Assembly (NCBI GenBank): GCA_013265495.1
Contig: MU058540.1
Span: 2,443,696 to 2,507,695, forward strand
Length of the DNA: 64,000 bases
Reading direction: 5' to 3'
Source: Vicugna vicugna
Lineage: Eukaryota
Both the position numbers and the translations under genes were made by a program. Within the stretch, counting starts at the first letter, position 1. Each line of letters begins with the position of its first letter. Below the pieces are notes generated by a model, which was given only the letters and a program-made list of their open reading frames with translations, searched no databases and was not told the origin of the DNA. This document shows, piece by piece, positions 49,901 to 63,701 of the stretch.

Positions 49901-50685
49901 CCACCAGGCATTTTGCTGAGCCCCTGTCCTTGTGGAACATGCAGCGTTGAGGATTGATTCTAATAGTGGTCCTTGTTTCCAGCCACATCATTCTCCCCTC
50001 TCCAGCAACCCTCCAAGCTCACTCTTCTGGCTTCTCTCTGATCTTACCATGGAAGTGTTAAAATTGTATCTGGTCCATGCACCAGAAAGGATTATAATAG
50101 ACAGGAAGGTGGTAGGTAACCAGGGGATCTATTTAGGTAACCTATACAGAAGGGATGGGCCCTCCTGCTGACAGAGAACCTTCTTCACAGCCATGGTGTC
50201 TAGGAAGGCTCCTGAGAGTTTAAAGTGAATTACAAAGGTTCTGAAGGGAAACTGGCAGGGAGAAAAATGACTTCCATTCCTCTCCCCTAAGGGACATTGG
50301 AAGGAAAGCGTTTGTCTGTCTGGTCTGAGTGTCAGCGATATTCCACTCACTTGCAACAGCCCCCCACGCTGGCTTCCCAGTACTTCTCTCTCAGATCCAG
50401 GGCCTGACAGTTCAGGGAGCATGCTCTCTCATCAGAAGGATTGATTAGGAAGGGTCTAAGGATTAGGACAGAGTCCCCTAAGGATTAGGGAAACAGAGTC
50501 AAGATTTTTGTTTTGGGGCACTGCAGGTCATTGGAAGAGGTCAGCCCCTCTATCACTAGGTTGTGGACAAGGCCAACTCCCTGCACAGCTTCAGCGTGGG
50601 GTGGTTCAGGGATTAGTCTTAGGACAGGGGGCACTGTTCACCCCATCCACTCCCAGCTGAATGCTGTCTCCTTTCCTGCTTCCAG

Positions 50686-50840
50686 ATCATCGATCCCAAG
50701 ATGCCCCGGGAGGGCCTCCTGCACAATGGTGTCCCCATCCCTGTCCCCCCACTGGATGTGCTGAAGCTGGGAGAGCAGAAACAGGCCGAGGCTGGAGAGA
50801 AGCTCTTCCTTGTCCTCTTTTTTGACAACAAACGCACCTG
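50686..50840 (+). CDS. BRPF3: BRPF3 exon 12 (PWWP domain)
   Basis: ttccag|[53 protein letters not shown]|gtgagt. Confidence 0.95.
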
Positions 50841-51077
50841 GTGAGTGAGTGCTGCTGCTGGGAGGGTGCACCAGGATGCAGGCTGAGGGGCACAACTGGA
50901 AGGATGTTCTAATGCCGATGTACTGGAGAAGTACATAGAGGGGCAGTGGACTCAGTCACCTGCCTCTTCCCAGGTGAAGGTGAGGGGTTACTTGCCAGCA
51001 GTTAGCCCGCACTTGCCATGTTAATAGTAACTTAGTATTACTAATAACACTGCTTAATAATGTTAATAGTGACTGAG

Positions 51078-51480
51078 AGGTGTTGCAGATCCAACTCCCT
51101 GGGAAACACTCTTGAGTAGGAGAGTTGTATTAGGAGGCTTACTGGGGAGAGCTGGGGGGTGGGTGAGGGCTGCAGCGTGGGGCGGAGGAAGAAGCTGACC
51201 TGCAGCACACTTGCTGCAGAGGCCTCAGCTGATCCCGTGGGGAGCTCTGGAGCTGGGTGGCTCATTAAAGATATCAGGAATTGGGGCTGTGCCTTTGTAC
51301 CCCCATGTCAACCAGTCATGAATGCTGGCTGCCACTAGGGAGTGGGGTGACCTTTGTGGAGGGAGATTTCTGGAGAGGGACTCAGTTGAGAGCCTGTAAT
51401 CTGCCAACACTCCCAGTGGCTGCCGGAATGCATGTCTCAGTGCTGGGCAGGGTGTTTGGGACAGCACAGGGTCCGCCACA
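51078..51480. mobile_element. MaLR LTR (old MLT1 subfamily)
   Basis: tgttgcagatcc...ggcctcagctgatcccgtggggagctctggagctggg...gtccgccaca. Confidence 0.6.
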
Positions 51481-52201
51481 AGTGGCTTTTTTGCTCGTGG
51501 TTTACAAACTCCAGCAGGAGGCTTCTTTCACCTCTGCTTCTATAGAGTGAGGAGGCAGGACTAGCTAATAAAAATAATAATAATAGCCGCCACTTATTGA
51601 GCGTTTACTCTATGTCCTTATGCAGATTGCTTTACATACATGATTTCGTTTGATCCTCATTTAAATCTTCATTAATTCTATCCCAATCCATTTTGCAGAT
51701 GAGAAAGCTGAGGCTCAGAAAACCAAGACCCCATAGCCAGAACTGAGATACAAACTAAGATCTGGCTTCAAAGGCTGGGCTCTTAGCTACATGTTAGATT
51801 CATCCCGGGACCTTTTTAAAAGCACCAGGTGCTGGCCCCACCAGAGATCAGTTCATGATTCCTGGCATCAGCTCCACTTCCTAGCCATAATGCCCTGACT
51901 CCCCAAGGCAGGGCGAGGCTCAGAGCCCTTCAGATGGCTCAGCTGGTCTCCCAGGGGGCACAGAGGCTTCCCTCTGCTCCAAGGCCTGACAACCCATTAA
52001 ACTGACTGAGCGTCCTGGAGCCCAGGAAAGGGCCTGGCTGCAAAACAAGTCCCCTTGGTGGCCTCCTACCTGTGGTGTCCCAGTCTTCCCTCTTCTGCCC
52101 TGTCCCCTCTCACTGACTACTGGTACTGGGCAAGTGGGTTTAGAGGAGCCCTCCTGTGGGACCCACCATGGCCCAGGCCTCTTACTGTGCTTATATTTTA
52201 G

Positions 52202-52385
52202 GCAGTGGCTTCCAAGGGACAAAGTCCTGCCCCTGGGTGTGGAAGATACTGTGGACAAGCTCAAGATGCTGGAAGGCCGCAAGACCAGCATCCGCAAGTC
52301 AGTGCAGGTGGCCTACGACCGCGCGATGATCCACCTGAGCCGAGTGCGGGGGCCCCACTCCTTTGTCACCTCCAGCTACCTGTAA
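52202..52385 (+). CDS. BRPF3: BRPF3 exon 13 coding part (end of PWWP domain, stop TAA)
   Basis: ttttag|(W)[60 protein letters not shown]. Summed CDS is 3627 nt and in frame. Confidence 0.95.
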
Positions 52386-54592
52386 GGGCGGGGCCTGGCC
52401 TGCATCTGCCTGCCCTGCCTCCATCCCGCAGGGCACAGAGAAACCTCTTCCTGCCCCAGCCAGATGTGTGGCCAGCAGCTCCCCTCTTCCATGGCAGGCT
52501 GGGGACTGGGCTGTGTCCTCCCCAAGGGCAAGGCCCCAGTTTTGACCAACTGTATGGTTCCCCTCGCGGGCCTGCTGTGTGCCAAAAACTCCCACCTGAG
52601 CTCCCTCAGGGGCTGGTCCACTGAAGAACCAGTTAGAAGTAGAAACAGCTGTGAGGCTTGGGCTCGGCCTAGGAGATAGACCTGGCCCCAGAAGCAAGAG
52701 ATCCTGGGCTCTTTCTCAAGGGTGTGCCTGGCCCCCTCACCCCACTCCCAACTAACTACACCTCAAGGTGAGCAAGGCTCTGACACTGAGCCCAGAGGTG
52801 CTGTGGATATACTTGGGTCCTGCGGGAAGTCTCACAGAGCTCACCCTCTCTTTCCCTCCATCACCCATCCTCATACCTCTTCCCAGTCCCATCTTCTCTG
52901 CATCTCTGCCCAGTCTCTCTTTTTCCCATGTTCCTTTCTCTTGTGCCAAACTGACAAAAACCATCACCAAACTGATCTTTTTCTTTTTATGTCTCATTCC
53001 CTTTGAGGCCAGCTGCTATGCTAGGTGGGTGCCTCCACCTGGCTCCTCAAGGCCCAGGACAGAGGCCAGCCTACCACTTGGGTGACGCCTTCACCAGCAC
53101 ACCACCCCCTACCTTCATATCTGCTTCAGACAAACAGCTGAGGCCAGGCTGTGAGAACTTGCCCCCATGAATTGAGACAGGGCTCCTCCTGCCCGCTTTT
53201 GTCTTGCCGGGAGGTGGGCTCAGGCTTGGCAGGCTCCTGGTCAGCAGACCAGACTGGTTGTATGAGTGTTCATCTGTCCACTTGGATTCTGAGGGTTGTT
53301 GGGGTGGAGCTGTGCCCTTCGGCTGGGTCTACTCTTTCACCCCTCCTATAGTCTCCTCTGCAACTGCAGCCTCCAGCATCAGTCTCCACCACCATGGACG
53401 GCATGGTGCCTCCAGTCCAGCGTCTTCTGTCCTATGCTCTGCCCTGCCCAGCCTCTGCTGCTCCGAACTCCAGTGAACGCATTGCTTTTATTTCAAACCC
53501 TCTGTCCCCTTCCCGCTTTTCCTTCAACCCCCTCTCCACCTTTACCTTCTCAAAAACAGAAGGGAAAAAAAAAAAACTGTGAAATGAGAAATGCTGACTG
53601 ACAAACCAACACAACTTTCAGAGGCTTTGATGTCTGTTCTCTGGATGTTTCTTTTCACCTCTCAAACACCAAAGTCGCAGGGCCAGGTTGCAGGCCACTG
53701 ATCGCCATGTTGATTTTTAACCTGACGTTCTTTTTAATTGTTTTAAATTTTTCATAGGGGAGTTTTGGACAAAACGCAGTCCCTGGGGAGATCACTGCCA
53801 TTTTTACACACGTGACTTTTTAAAAATACAACCAACCAACCGCCACGACTTCTTATACATTTGGGACACGAGCCAGAGTTTAAAAGGGAATCAACAAAAC
53901 TCTCTCTATAACATAAAGGATGGGGTTTTGTCTTTTGTACAATAATAAAACTACATTACAGCATATGGCTAGGGAAGGACATGGTGTATATAATTGTAAA
54001 ATACTGTTCTAAATTATTCAGGCCTATAGCTTCCATTCCTGGAGTCCTCCATTGTGTGGCTGAGTATTTTAAATGCACACAGTGTGGTTTATTTAAAGGA
54101 GCCAGTGCGTCCCCCCTCTCCCCAGGTAGTCGGCTGTGGACTCTGTGACCTTTGTCTCAACCTGTGTTGTAAGATCTCGGGGCTTTCTCTCTCTCTCTCT
54201 CTTTCTGTGTCTCTTTCTTCCTTTCTTCCCCTAAACCCTTTCTCTTTCTTAGTCTTTCTCTGTTTTTTTCAATCTCTTTGAATCTTTCAGTCTCTCTCTG
54301 AGTCTCATTTTTAAAACTGCTCTTTTAGAACAGGAAACGGCTCAGATCCTGCTGTGGCGTGGGGCCTGTGTGTCTCAGTCGCATCTGCTGTGAAGCACAC
54401 GATGCTCTATTTATTGTAGAAAGTGACTTTATTTGCTTTCTAGAATTGTTTATAACAGATGGTATAAGAGAGGTAATAAACAGAGAAAAATCTATGCTTG
54501 TAAAGAATACAAAAGTTAATTTTACCTACTATAATATGACTGTCTGAAACTTATTTTCTCTCTGAGAAATAAATGTTCTAATGGGCAGCAGT
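52386..54592 (+). other. BRPF3: BRPF3 3' UTR
   Basis: Repeat-poor sequence from the stop codon to the distal AATAAA, followed by a GT-rich downstream element. Confidence 0.7.
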
Positions 54593-54610
54593 TGCTGTGT
54601 GTGTTTGAAG
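54568..54610 (+). terminator. Distal polyadenylation signal and GU-rich downstream element
   Basis: AATAAA at 54568-54573, then gttgctgtgtgtgtttg from 54591. Confidence 0.75.
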
Positions 54611-57600
54611 TCATCAGTGGGGCCTGCCCTTCTGTTCCTAATGTCTGCAGCTTTCCCCTTGTCCCAGGAAGCCAGGGGCCATTAAGAATGGGGTTGTCTA
54701 GCAGTTGCAGACTCCAGCTGGAGAGGGCTCTGTCTGTCTGCCTGCCCGTCTGTATCTTGGACCCCTGAGAGGGGTGTGAAGGTGGGTTCTGACGTTTTCC
54801 TCCCCAACAGCTTCGCCTTCTGGGAGCTGTGGACAGTCCAGCCTACTTCCCACTTTTTGGCTTCCCTGTGGTCTTGTTCCTTTAGGAGCCTCTGCCCCTC
54901 ATTCAGTGGGAAAAGTGGCCCTTTGGACATCTTGGGCAACTGTTCACCAGGCTCACAGAGTTGGAGACTCTAGGCTGCTTCCGCCTCCTTTGCTGTTATT
55001 GCCGTCCCCATTCTATAAAGGAGCCGGGACACAGGGAGACGCACAGCATGAGCTGAGCTTCTTTCAGAGCTGGAAGGTTGAGTTGAGCCTGCCTGCTCTT
55101 CATTTTTCAGGCAAGAAAACAGGCCATGTTACCATGCTTCTGTGCTTGACTGGGAGTTAAGTGTCTCAGTGGTATGGCTGGAGGACACAGGAGTCTCCTG
55201 ATCACCTCCTCCACAGGATCTTTGAAATTCTTGTCAATGAAGTCACTAAAGTGTGAAGGTTCTCAATCTGGTATAGCATTGATAGAGTATGTCTAATGTA
55301 CTGATAGTCCTTGTGTTACGTGTTGGGGGTGCAAAACTGCACATCCCTAGTGTCAGGACGCTAACAACCTGATTTATCACAGACAACTCTGAAAAGGCTT
55401 CCAGAAGAATGAAGCAATTAGTTCAAGCCTTAGAAAATGGGGTTAAAAATCCCTATACATGAACTTATGTTTTGAATTATAAAAACAATTTAGAAGGAAA
55501 TTACAAGCTCACCATATAAAACATTTTGGAAATAAAGGGAAAATGACCGGATGGGTAGGATTTTAGCAGGTGAGGATAAAAAGAGAAGTAGATGAAGCAG
55601 TTTAAGCAAAAAGAGGCCTCAGGGAGGTATGGTGCGTATTCCGACTCTGGGCTAACCACCATCCTGTTTCATTTAGGTGGCAAGGCAGTGTGTTGGGATT
55701 AAGACCCCTGTCACTCAATTGCTGTGTGTCCTCAAGCATGGTACTGGACCTCTCTGAGACTGCCTTAATAGAGGACACTGAAGCCAGGGCAAGGCATTAG
55801 TACATGGTAGGTGACAATATCCATTGAAGGCCTTTGCATAGGGAAGAGCCTTGATTGGAACTTGGCAACTAATTAGACATCAGAGTCAAAAAGGAGTGTT
55901 AAGGCAGGGTCATTGTGTGGCTGGAGGGACCAGCACTGGGTTCGTGGGTGAAGAGGAAGAGTTTAATGTTTGATGAGTTTGTGTCGCTTACAGGACATCT
56001 GAGGAAAACCCCCAGCAAGCAGATGGGACTGGGCCTGAAGTTCGAGTGGAAGGTAGGAAGAGATGATGGAAATGTGGGGCCACTGGAGCCCAGCAGGACA
56101 GTTAGGAGAATGGCCAAAGAGAAAGGGGGAAGGACGGGGCTGAGGAAGGCCCCTTACATTTAGAAGCTGGGGTTGGGAGACAGAGGATGGAAACAGCACC
56201 TTCAGAGGGGTCTTGCCCCCAGGGGGGGCCTCATGCAGAGAGTGTCAAGCCCTAAGGATCATCCAGCAACCCCATCACCCCCAACTCATTTCACAGAGAG
56301 AGGCAAGTCAGGTGTGCTCAGCATCACAGAGCAGGAAGAGGCAGGGCAGGACCAGAACCCAGAACTCAGCACTCTGCTCTTCTCACACCCACATATTCAG
56401 AGCCCTTGAGGTGAGTAAAAGCTTCCTTAATGAATTTTATCAATGTTGTGATTAAAAATCATGGACTCAGGTCTAAAATATTATGATACTGGAGCATATA
56501 GGGACACTCTGACCAGGAATAGAAAATCTCAACTTTCCAAACACGTTTAAAAATATCATTAAAAGCATTTGCCAAAACCCTGGTCAGCTTGGCCACTTCC
56601 ATTAATGTAGTAGTTGCCATTAACACTTGAGTGTGAATTTGCCTTTCAGACAGGCTCTCCTGGCCTGGCTTATCTGTGAGCTTTGCCTTTGAGAGAAGAC
56701 TGCCAGGCTCTAGGACAGGTACTGAAGGGAAATACAGTTCAGGGGTCTTGTCTTCCTGGCTCTGCAAGCCCTCCCACGGTATATGTAGGGCAGAGTGTGG
56801 GGACATCTGGTCCTGCCAGCTGCAGCCAGTCTGGCCTTTGCCGAGGGAAGGAGGTCTTTGGGAGAGGGAAATGGTTTCTCCAAAAGATGGAGAAGATGTT
56901 TCTGCCTCACCATGTGGTGGGGAAGAGGGGCCAGAGAGGTGTGTGTCTGCTGGGCCAGAGCTGGGGGGGGACCTCTAACTCGACCTAAGCACTTGAGGGT
57001 GCCCTTCTGCTTATCCTTTTCCTTCAAGCGTGGAAAGAAAAAATATATGTATGTATGTGTGTGTATATATAGGTTTTTTTGTATATTTAAAATGTATTAA
57101 TATGTTATTTTTATATATTGCATACTATATTGTTTATATTGTATAGAGAGATTAGTATTCTCTACAATTTTAATATTCTTAAGAGGGCCAGGACTCCCAG
57201 GCTACATGAAGTAGAAAAAGCTTATTATTCCCAATTTCATAAGGGTTGTGTTGTTATTTCAAAGAACATTGTGGGTCCTCTGCTTGGCACCTGTTAGGCT
57301 GGTGGGAAGTAGTGGGTTTCAGTCTAACTCCCCTTGCTTCTGAAGCAGTGTCTGAGTTCCTTCTTCCTCCTTTCTGCTTTGTACTGGACCCTTTTGGGGA
57401 CCTAGAGGCAGTTTGAGGGATGCAACATTGATGGTTCCTGATGGGCAAGAGTGTAGGATGCACATAGGCCCAGGGGAGGGCCTCTCCTGCCAGCTTCACA
57501 GTCCAGAAGGAGCCCCGAAGGTTTTTATCTGAGCTGGTCACGAGAGACTATAAACTTACTCTTTGCTATCTAATTTGAAAATTTTTTTTAAAGTGCAAAG

Positions 57601-59339
57601 GAGAAAGTAAGACTTCTGATTACCCAGAAATAACTATTTCCACCATTTTAATGTAATTCCTGACAGTCTCATGTGTTTTCTTGGTAGAGTGTGTGTTTAG
57701 TTTCTTGTACTAGGGAGCTGAGGGATCAGCAGGGAGCTGTCTGCCATCACTGCGGAAGCTCTCGGCATGACTGGAACACAAGGCCCAACAGCTCCTCCGC
57801 CCCAGTTTAACTTTTCCTCACTTGCCGAGTATCATGAACCGGCCTAAGCCAACCATTGCCTGTTATTGTTGTTCTATTTTTTCCCTTTGTTTTGTAGTCT
57901 CTTGCAGTTGAAATTGAATGGGAGCTAAATATCTCTATCCCAAGAACTTTGCTAGGGTATAATTCCCTCAAATAATTCCTGGACCAAATTCCACCACATG
58001 TTCAAACACCTTTGAGTGAGGAGGCCCCCAAACTTCATATATTTTCTTCTCCAGCTTGAGAAGTTCCCACTCTCTGCCCTCTGGGACAGCCACCAGCACC
58101 TGGCATAAAAAGTCACTCCAAGAGTGATGGACACACTCTTCTGAAGGCAAAACCAGCAGCTGAGTAGTCAGGTCAGGGGGCTGGAGCAATGGAACTTCAG
58201 ACCAATAATATTTTTGTTGTTTTCAGTATACCTTTACATATAATAATTAAGGTCCACAGACTGTAAGTTTAATCTCCATGAATTTTTACATATGTATCCA
58301 TCCATGAAACCACCACCCAGATCAAAATACAGAGCATTTCCAGTGCCGCAGAAAGTTCCTCATGTTCCTTCCCAGTCGGTGTCCGCCTAGCCCAGCTGGG
58401 GAACCCCCACCCCCATTTAGGGGCTGGATGAGATAGGAGAGCTGTACTATGGTGCCCAGCCAGATTCCTGCTTTGGCTGTTTGGAGAATAAGGTACTTCT
58501 CAATTCAGAGTAAGACAGCCCTCCTGGGCCCCCTCCTCGGCCCCCTCCTCCTCACCCCTGGTGGTTGTGCTCTGGGGGACGGAGCCCAGCCTCAGAGGCC
58601 TCCTCACTAATGCAGACCCATGCTGGGGACACATCAGTCTTCAGGAAACCCGTGCACAAGCAGGGCATAAGGCATCCCTTGCACATTGTGTCCAAAACTT
58701 TTCTTGCCCGCTGGCTGATGCCTGCAAGGCCATGATCCTTGGAGACTTGCCCATGATCCCCGTTTCCTTTGAGTTATTGGTGTCGTGTGGAGATAAAGAA
58801 TGTGTGGGCAGGTTTTGATGAGGCAGTAGAGCAAAGGACACTGGGTCCTTGAGGGGAGGATTAAAGAGGGGATGAAAATGGCCTATTTCCTGTTGGCTGA
58901 CCTTGGTGACACAGACACACACTTCAGAGCCATCAAGGATGAAGGCTTACTGGAGTGACTTCAAAAGAATTACTCAGATCACAGGTGGGTGAAGGTCTGA
59001 GATAAGACCGTAGGGTCAGGTGAAGAGACCCAGGGAGGGAGCCTTGTTTGGAAACAAAGCTCTAGAAACAAGATTGCTGAGCCCAATTGATGTGGGCAGC
59101 CATGTGAAGCCAACTCTGTCCTTAGGCGTAAGAGCGTGGTCGGGTCGGCCTGGGCTGAGGGAGGAGGACATAGACCTCCCTGGGCCATCCCACAGGGCTT
59201 CTGGCTCCACTTGTGATTCTTGGCTTGGAAGGTTTTGGCTGCCAGAACCCAGACATTCCTCCTCCCTCCCTTACACTCTCCCTTCCCTTCTCCCTCCCCT
59301 TTCTGACTCCCTCTCTCAGTCTCTCTCTCTTCAAATTTT

Positions 59340-60560
59340 ATTATTATTTATTATTTTTAACTTCAGTTGATTTACGTGATTCAAAATTTTAAAAATTCAA
59401 GAAAATCTCCCTCCTTGTCCCCAGCCTTCTAATTCTCTTCCCAGAAGCAATCAGTTTTATCAGTTACATGTGTAACTTCCCAGAGGTAGTTTAGTATCAG
59501 CGTATGTGTGCACCTGTGTGTATGTGTTCCCTCTTTTATACAAGTGGTATCATACTGTTCATATTGGTCTAGGCCTCATTTTTAAAAATTGTTTTTGTTA
59601 AATAGTGAGTAGACAAAAATAGTAGTTATACAATATGTATAAATTAAAACAAAAACCCACAATACAATAAGCTACCTGGTACCTGACAAAGAAGCAGGGC
59701 TTTTAAAATCCTCTAAGTGGCCCTTTCCAGCCCCACTTTTTCTTCCCCTAAATACTGTCCTGAATGTTATGCTTATCATGCTTTTTTTTTCTATTATGCT
59801 TTTTTCCCACCTCTGCCTTATATTTATATCACCATACAATAAATATTGTGTAGTGTCTCACACTTTCTGGATTTTGAAGAGAAGGAAGTGTACTGCATGA
59901 AATCTACAACTTGCTTGCATCCCACCCATGATTAGATTACAGTCCTGAGATTCATTGGTCCTGATACAGTCACTTGCACTCTGGTATGGAATTCCACTGT
60001 ATGAAGATACCACAATTAATTTTTCATTATGCTATTTAAGGACATTTGGGTTGCTTCCAATTTTTCGCTTCTAGGAACAGCACTGGTGTGAATGTTCTTG
60101 ATTGTTTTTCCTGGTGTATATGTTTGGGGGGTTGGTTAGGGTAAAGATTTCCCTGGGGGCACTTGCGGGGGCCTAGAACACACATTGTCAACTTCAAGGC
60201 AAACTGCTTCCCAGAGTGGTGGTTTTAATTCACACGCTTTCCAGCTGTTTGAGAGTTCCCTTTGCTTCACTCCTTGCCGACGCTTGCATTATAAGTTTTT
60301 AAGATTTTCCAGACTGATCATGTGAGATTGTAACTCGTTGTTTACATTTTATTTCTCTAATTATGCACGTTGCATTTTTTACTTAAAATATACTTTGGTG
60401 ATTGTTCCATATCAGAGCAGTAAGGACTTCCTCTTTCTTTCTTGAGCTGGAGAATGTTCTATCATATGAAAATCTGACTGATTTAAGCAATTCCTTACTG
60501 ATAGACATTAAATTGGCTCTAGTGTTTTACAGTCAATTCTGCAATGAATAGCTTTGTATA
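59340..60560 (-). mobile_element. Old L1ME-like 3' fragments
   Basis: ggacatttgggttgcttccaattttt...caaactgcttcccagagtggt. Confidence 0.55.
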
Positions 60561-60655
60561 TCAGTGGTAAAGTGCATCTGTATGTGGGTGAGTCTATATC
60601 TAGGTTTCTTACCTGGAATCTTCTGAGACGTTTGGATGAAAATGCAAGACAGTTC

Positions 60656-60866
60656 TTTTTTTATTTTAATTTTTTATTGAAGTGTAGTTGAATTACATCA
60701 GTTTCAGGTGTACAACAAAGTGATTCAGTTGTACGTATACATACATATAATTTATTTTCAGATTCCTTTGTATTATAATTTATTCCAAGAAACTGAATAT
60801 AGATCTTCATGCTATACAGTAGGTCCTTGTTTATCTATTTTATATATAGTAGTGTGTATCTGTTAA
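60656..60866 (-). mobile_element. Younger (cetartiodactyl-type) L1 3' end
   Basis: Poly-T then ttttattgaagtgtagttg...gctatacagtaggtccttgtt...gtgtgtatctgttaat; imperfect TSD aatgcaagaca / aatggaagaca. Confidence 0.7.
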
Positions 60867-63040
60867 TGGAAGACAAATTTTGCTCCCCTCTGGCCTGGCA
60901 CATATCTGTTTCTGGCAAATTCCCTTAATTCCTCCACTTCTCCAGGATGGAAACTGTATCTGCCCTGTCAGGTTTCACCACAGCACCTTTTCTCTGAGGT
61001 GCTTATGCTCATCTTCCCCCCTTTTCTCTGAACCAACCTGTTTCCCCTTTACTCCCCCCACCTTCACACAAATTCCTCACGGGTGGTCCTAGCCCAGCTC
61101 CTCCTTCCTACAGCTGTCCCCATCTCAAGAAATAGTATTCCCCAAGGAGCCAGACTTTGCCTGGCCCTGAAGGAGAGGAAAAGAAAGCTGATGGCAGCCC
61201 TCACAGAGTGGATAGTCTCAGAGCAGGCAGGGCAACAGATACACAAAACAACCAAGAAGACATAGGACAGTTCCCAGCCCAGCACCTATTAGCTGGGCTG
61301 CCCAGGCAAACCTCCATGTGCCTGGGCCTCATTTCTTTATAAAAGAAGGACAGTGACACTTCTTTGGTGCTTGGGACAGAGTGGGGCCGATGTTCATGCA
61401 CTTGTGGGTCATAGTTTTCCTTGTTATCAAGGACTTCTAATTCAAGATGCCATGCTAATAACTATGGTAGATGCAAGGGTCTGACAGCACCCAGAGGAAG
61501 GCGAAGGAAGCCCAAATTGGAGGGGCTTCCTGGGGGAGGAGATAGTTGAGTTGTATCTATCAAGATAGGCATCATTTAAAAGGCAAGTGGGGTAATCTCT
61601 CTTGATAGGAAGACCCTTGAAATCAGAAGACTGGAGGCTGAACGTGGAAAGGTTTGAGTGTGCTTGAGAATCAGTGAGTAATTTGGGGAGAGACATGAGT
61701 GTAAAGGTTGTGGGACTGGGCGCTGGAGATGTGACTGGAGCTCCATCTTAGAGGCCTCAGTGGGCAAAGTGAGGTCTTAGGGTGGGCCCAGGAATCTGAT
61801 TTGCAGCAATTCAGATGCACATTTAGGTTTGAGAATTGTTTTTAATTGCTGAGTAAAGAAGTGCAGCCTAGGATGATGGGATGTGGGGTTCAGCAGAGAG
61901 CCCAGCAGCTGGTCTGCAGGATTCTTTCTTTGGGAGGAAGCGTGAAGGAAGCATTGTGTTGCATTTGACTCAGGACTCCCCCCTCAACCCTAGTCCCCAA
62001 CACACACTGCTTTGACCTGGTATCCTGAAGGCACAGGGTTCCCATGGGCTGGGTGCCTGGAGCATCATATGTGAAAGGAAAAGATGACCTGCACGTGTCC
62101 TCCAGGAAGTTTGGAAGCTAATCTGGGGAGTAGGAAGCCCTGGCTGGTGAAACAGCTACAGCAACCATTTTTCAGCTAAGCACTTTAAACTCATTATTCT
62201 CAGTCTCCCAATAGTCCAGGTGGGTTGGAGGTATTACCACATTATCATGTCTCTTTCACCCTGAAACTGAGCCTCAGAGAGTTTGAGTAACTTGTACAAG
62301 GTCACGTGATTAGCGGAGGTAGGACTCTTATCTCAGCCTTACTCTCTGGCTGTTTTTTCATACACAGAAATACTAATGGCCGGGGCCTTCAAAGCCTGAT
62401 TTTATTTTCTTGTTTATTTGCCAACAACGATTAGAAAGATTAGAATATCTAGCCAACATTTGTCAAGTCCTCACACGTTCCAGGCAACCTCTGGACATAC
62501 TAGCACGTTTACTTCTCAGAAACCAAAAGGGTAGGTGCCCTTATTATCCCTGTGCTACAGGTGACGTTAAATGAGTGGTAAGAAGCAGAGCTTGGCAAAG
62601 CCCACTTTCTTAACTCATCTACACCTTTGCTTCTTAATCAGTGATGTTTAATATATGATGCTAATAAATTATCATTATAATATTATCTAAAGCCTCTGCC
62701 GAAATGGTGGCTCTTTCCTTGGTATTTCAGGGATGACAGGAAGGTCCTTCATCTGTTAAAAACCTAAACACCTTCTCACTAGTTTAGGGCTGCTTAGGGT
62801 TGCACAAGTAGGGCTATATACCTTAAGCTGACAGCTTTGATCCTCAATAAAACAAGATATTCCCAAGTATTTTTCAATCTTTTGATGCTCAGGCCTGCTT
62901 TTCACTCCATAAACAGCTCTGTCCCTCTCTGTAGTTCTTAAAAACAAGAGTTTTTCCCCAAAAGTAACATTCAGTCACACCTATTATGTATGACTCCACC
63001 ACTGTCACTATTTTACTAATTCTCTGAGGATTTTAGCTCC

Positions 63041-63701
63041 TGTTACTGAACCTGAATTTGGGTCCACTCAACTGACAGACAGCAAAGCTAATCAACTGAC
63101 ACCAGGTTGTAGTGAAGGAAAGGACAGTGTTTGTTGCAGGCACTGTGCAAGGAGAACGGGCAGCGAATGCTCAAAAGATCCAAACTCCCTGACGGTTTTC
63201 AGGAAAAGATTTTTAAAGGCAACATTAGGGGTGTGGATTGCAGGGTGCCTGATCAGCTTGAGGATATTCTTCTGATTGGTTGGTGATGAAGTAACAGGGT
63301 TATGTTGTTTCAGGAGTCAATGTCTTCAACCTCCTGGTCCCAACCAGCCTCAGGTGTTTTCATCAGCAGTTTTCATGGCAGGGAAGGAGGGGGGTAGGGG
63401 TCTGGTTTCTATAAAAACAACTTAGGAATGTGTGCCAGACCTTGTTATCTCTATCTTTCAGGGAGCTGGGAGTTCAGTGACTCTGCTGTGTGGCTGATTT
63501 ATAGTCTAAATTGTTACCAGTTTCCCAACCCAACAGCTATTCTTTGTTTCTGTGTGTTCACATTTCCTAATCGTTAACTCTTGAGCCAGCCTTCTGAGAC
63601 TGAGGGGAGGCTTGAAGCAAAGATTTTAATTCAAGAGATGGGGGACCTGGGAGGGGGGCTCCTACACCTGAGAGGGTCCTAAAGAGTCCTGCTCAGTTTC
63701 A
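63041..63701 (-). mobile_element. Solo ERV1-class LTR
   Basis: TG...CA termini (tgttactgaacc ... gtcctgctcagtttca) with near-identical 4-bp flanks ctcc/ttcc; ~660 bp. Confidence 0.65.
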
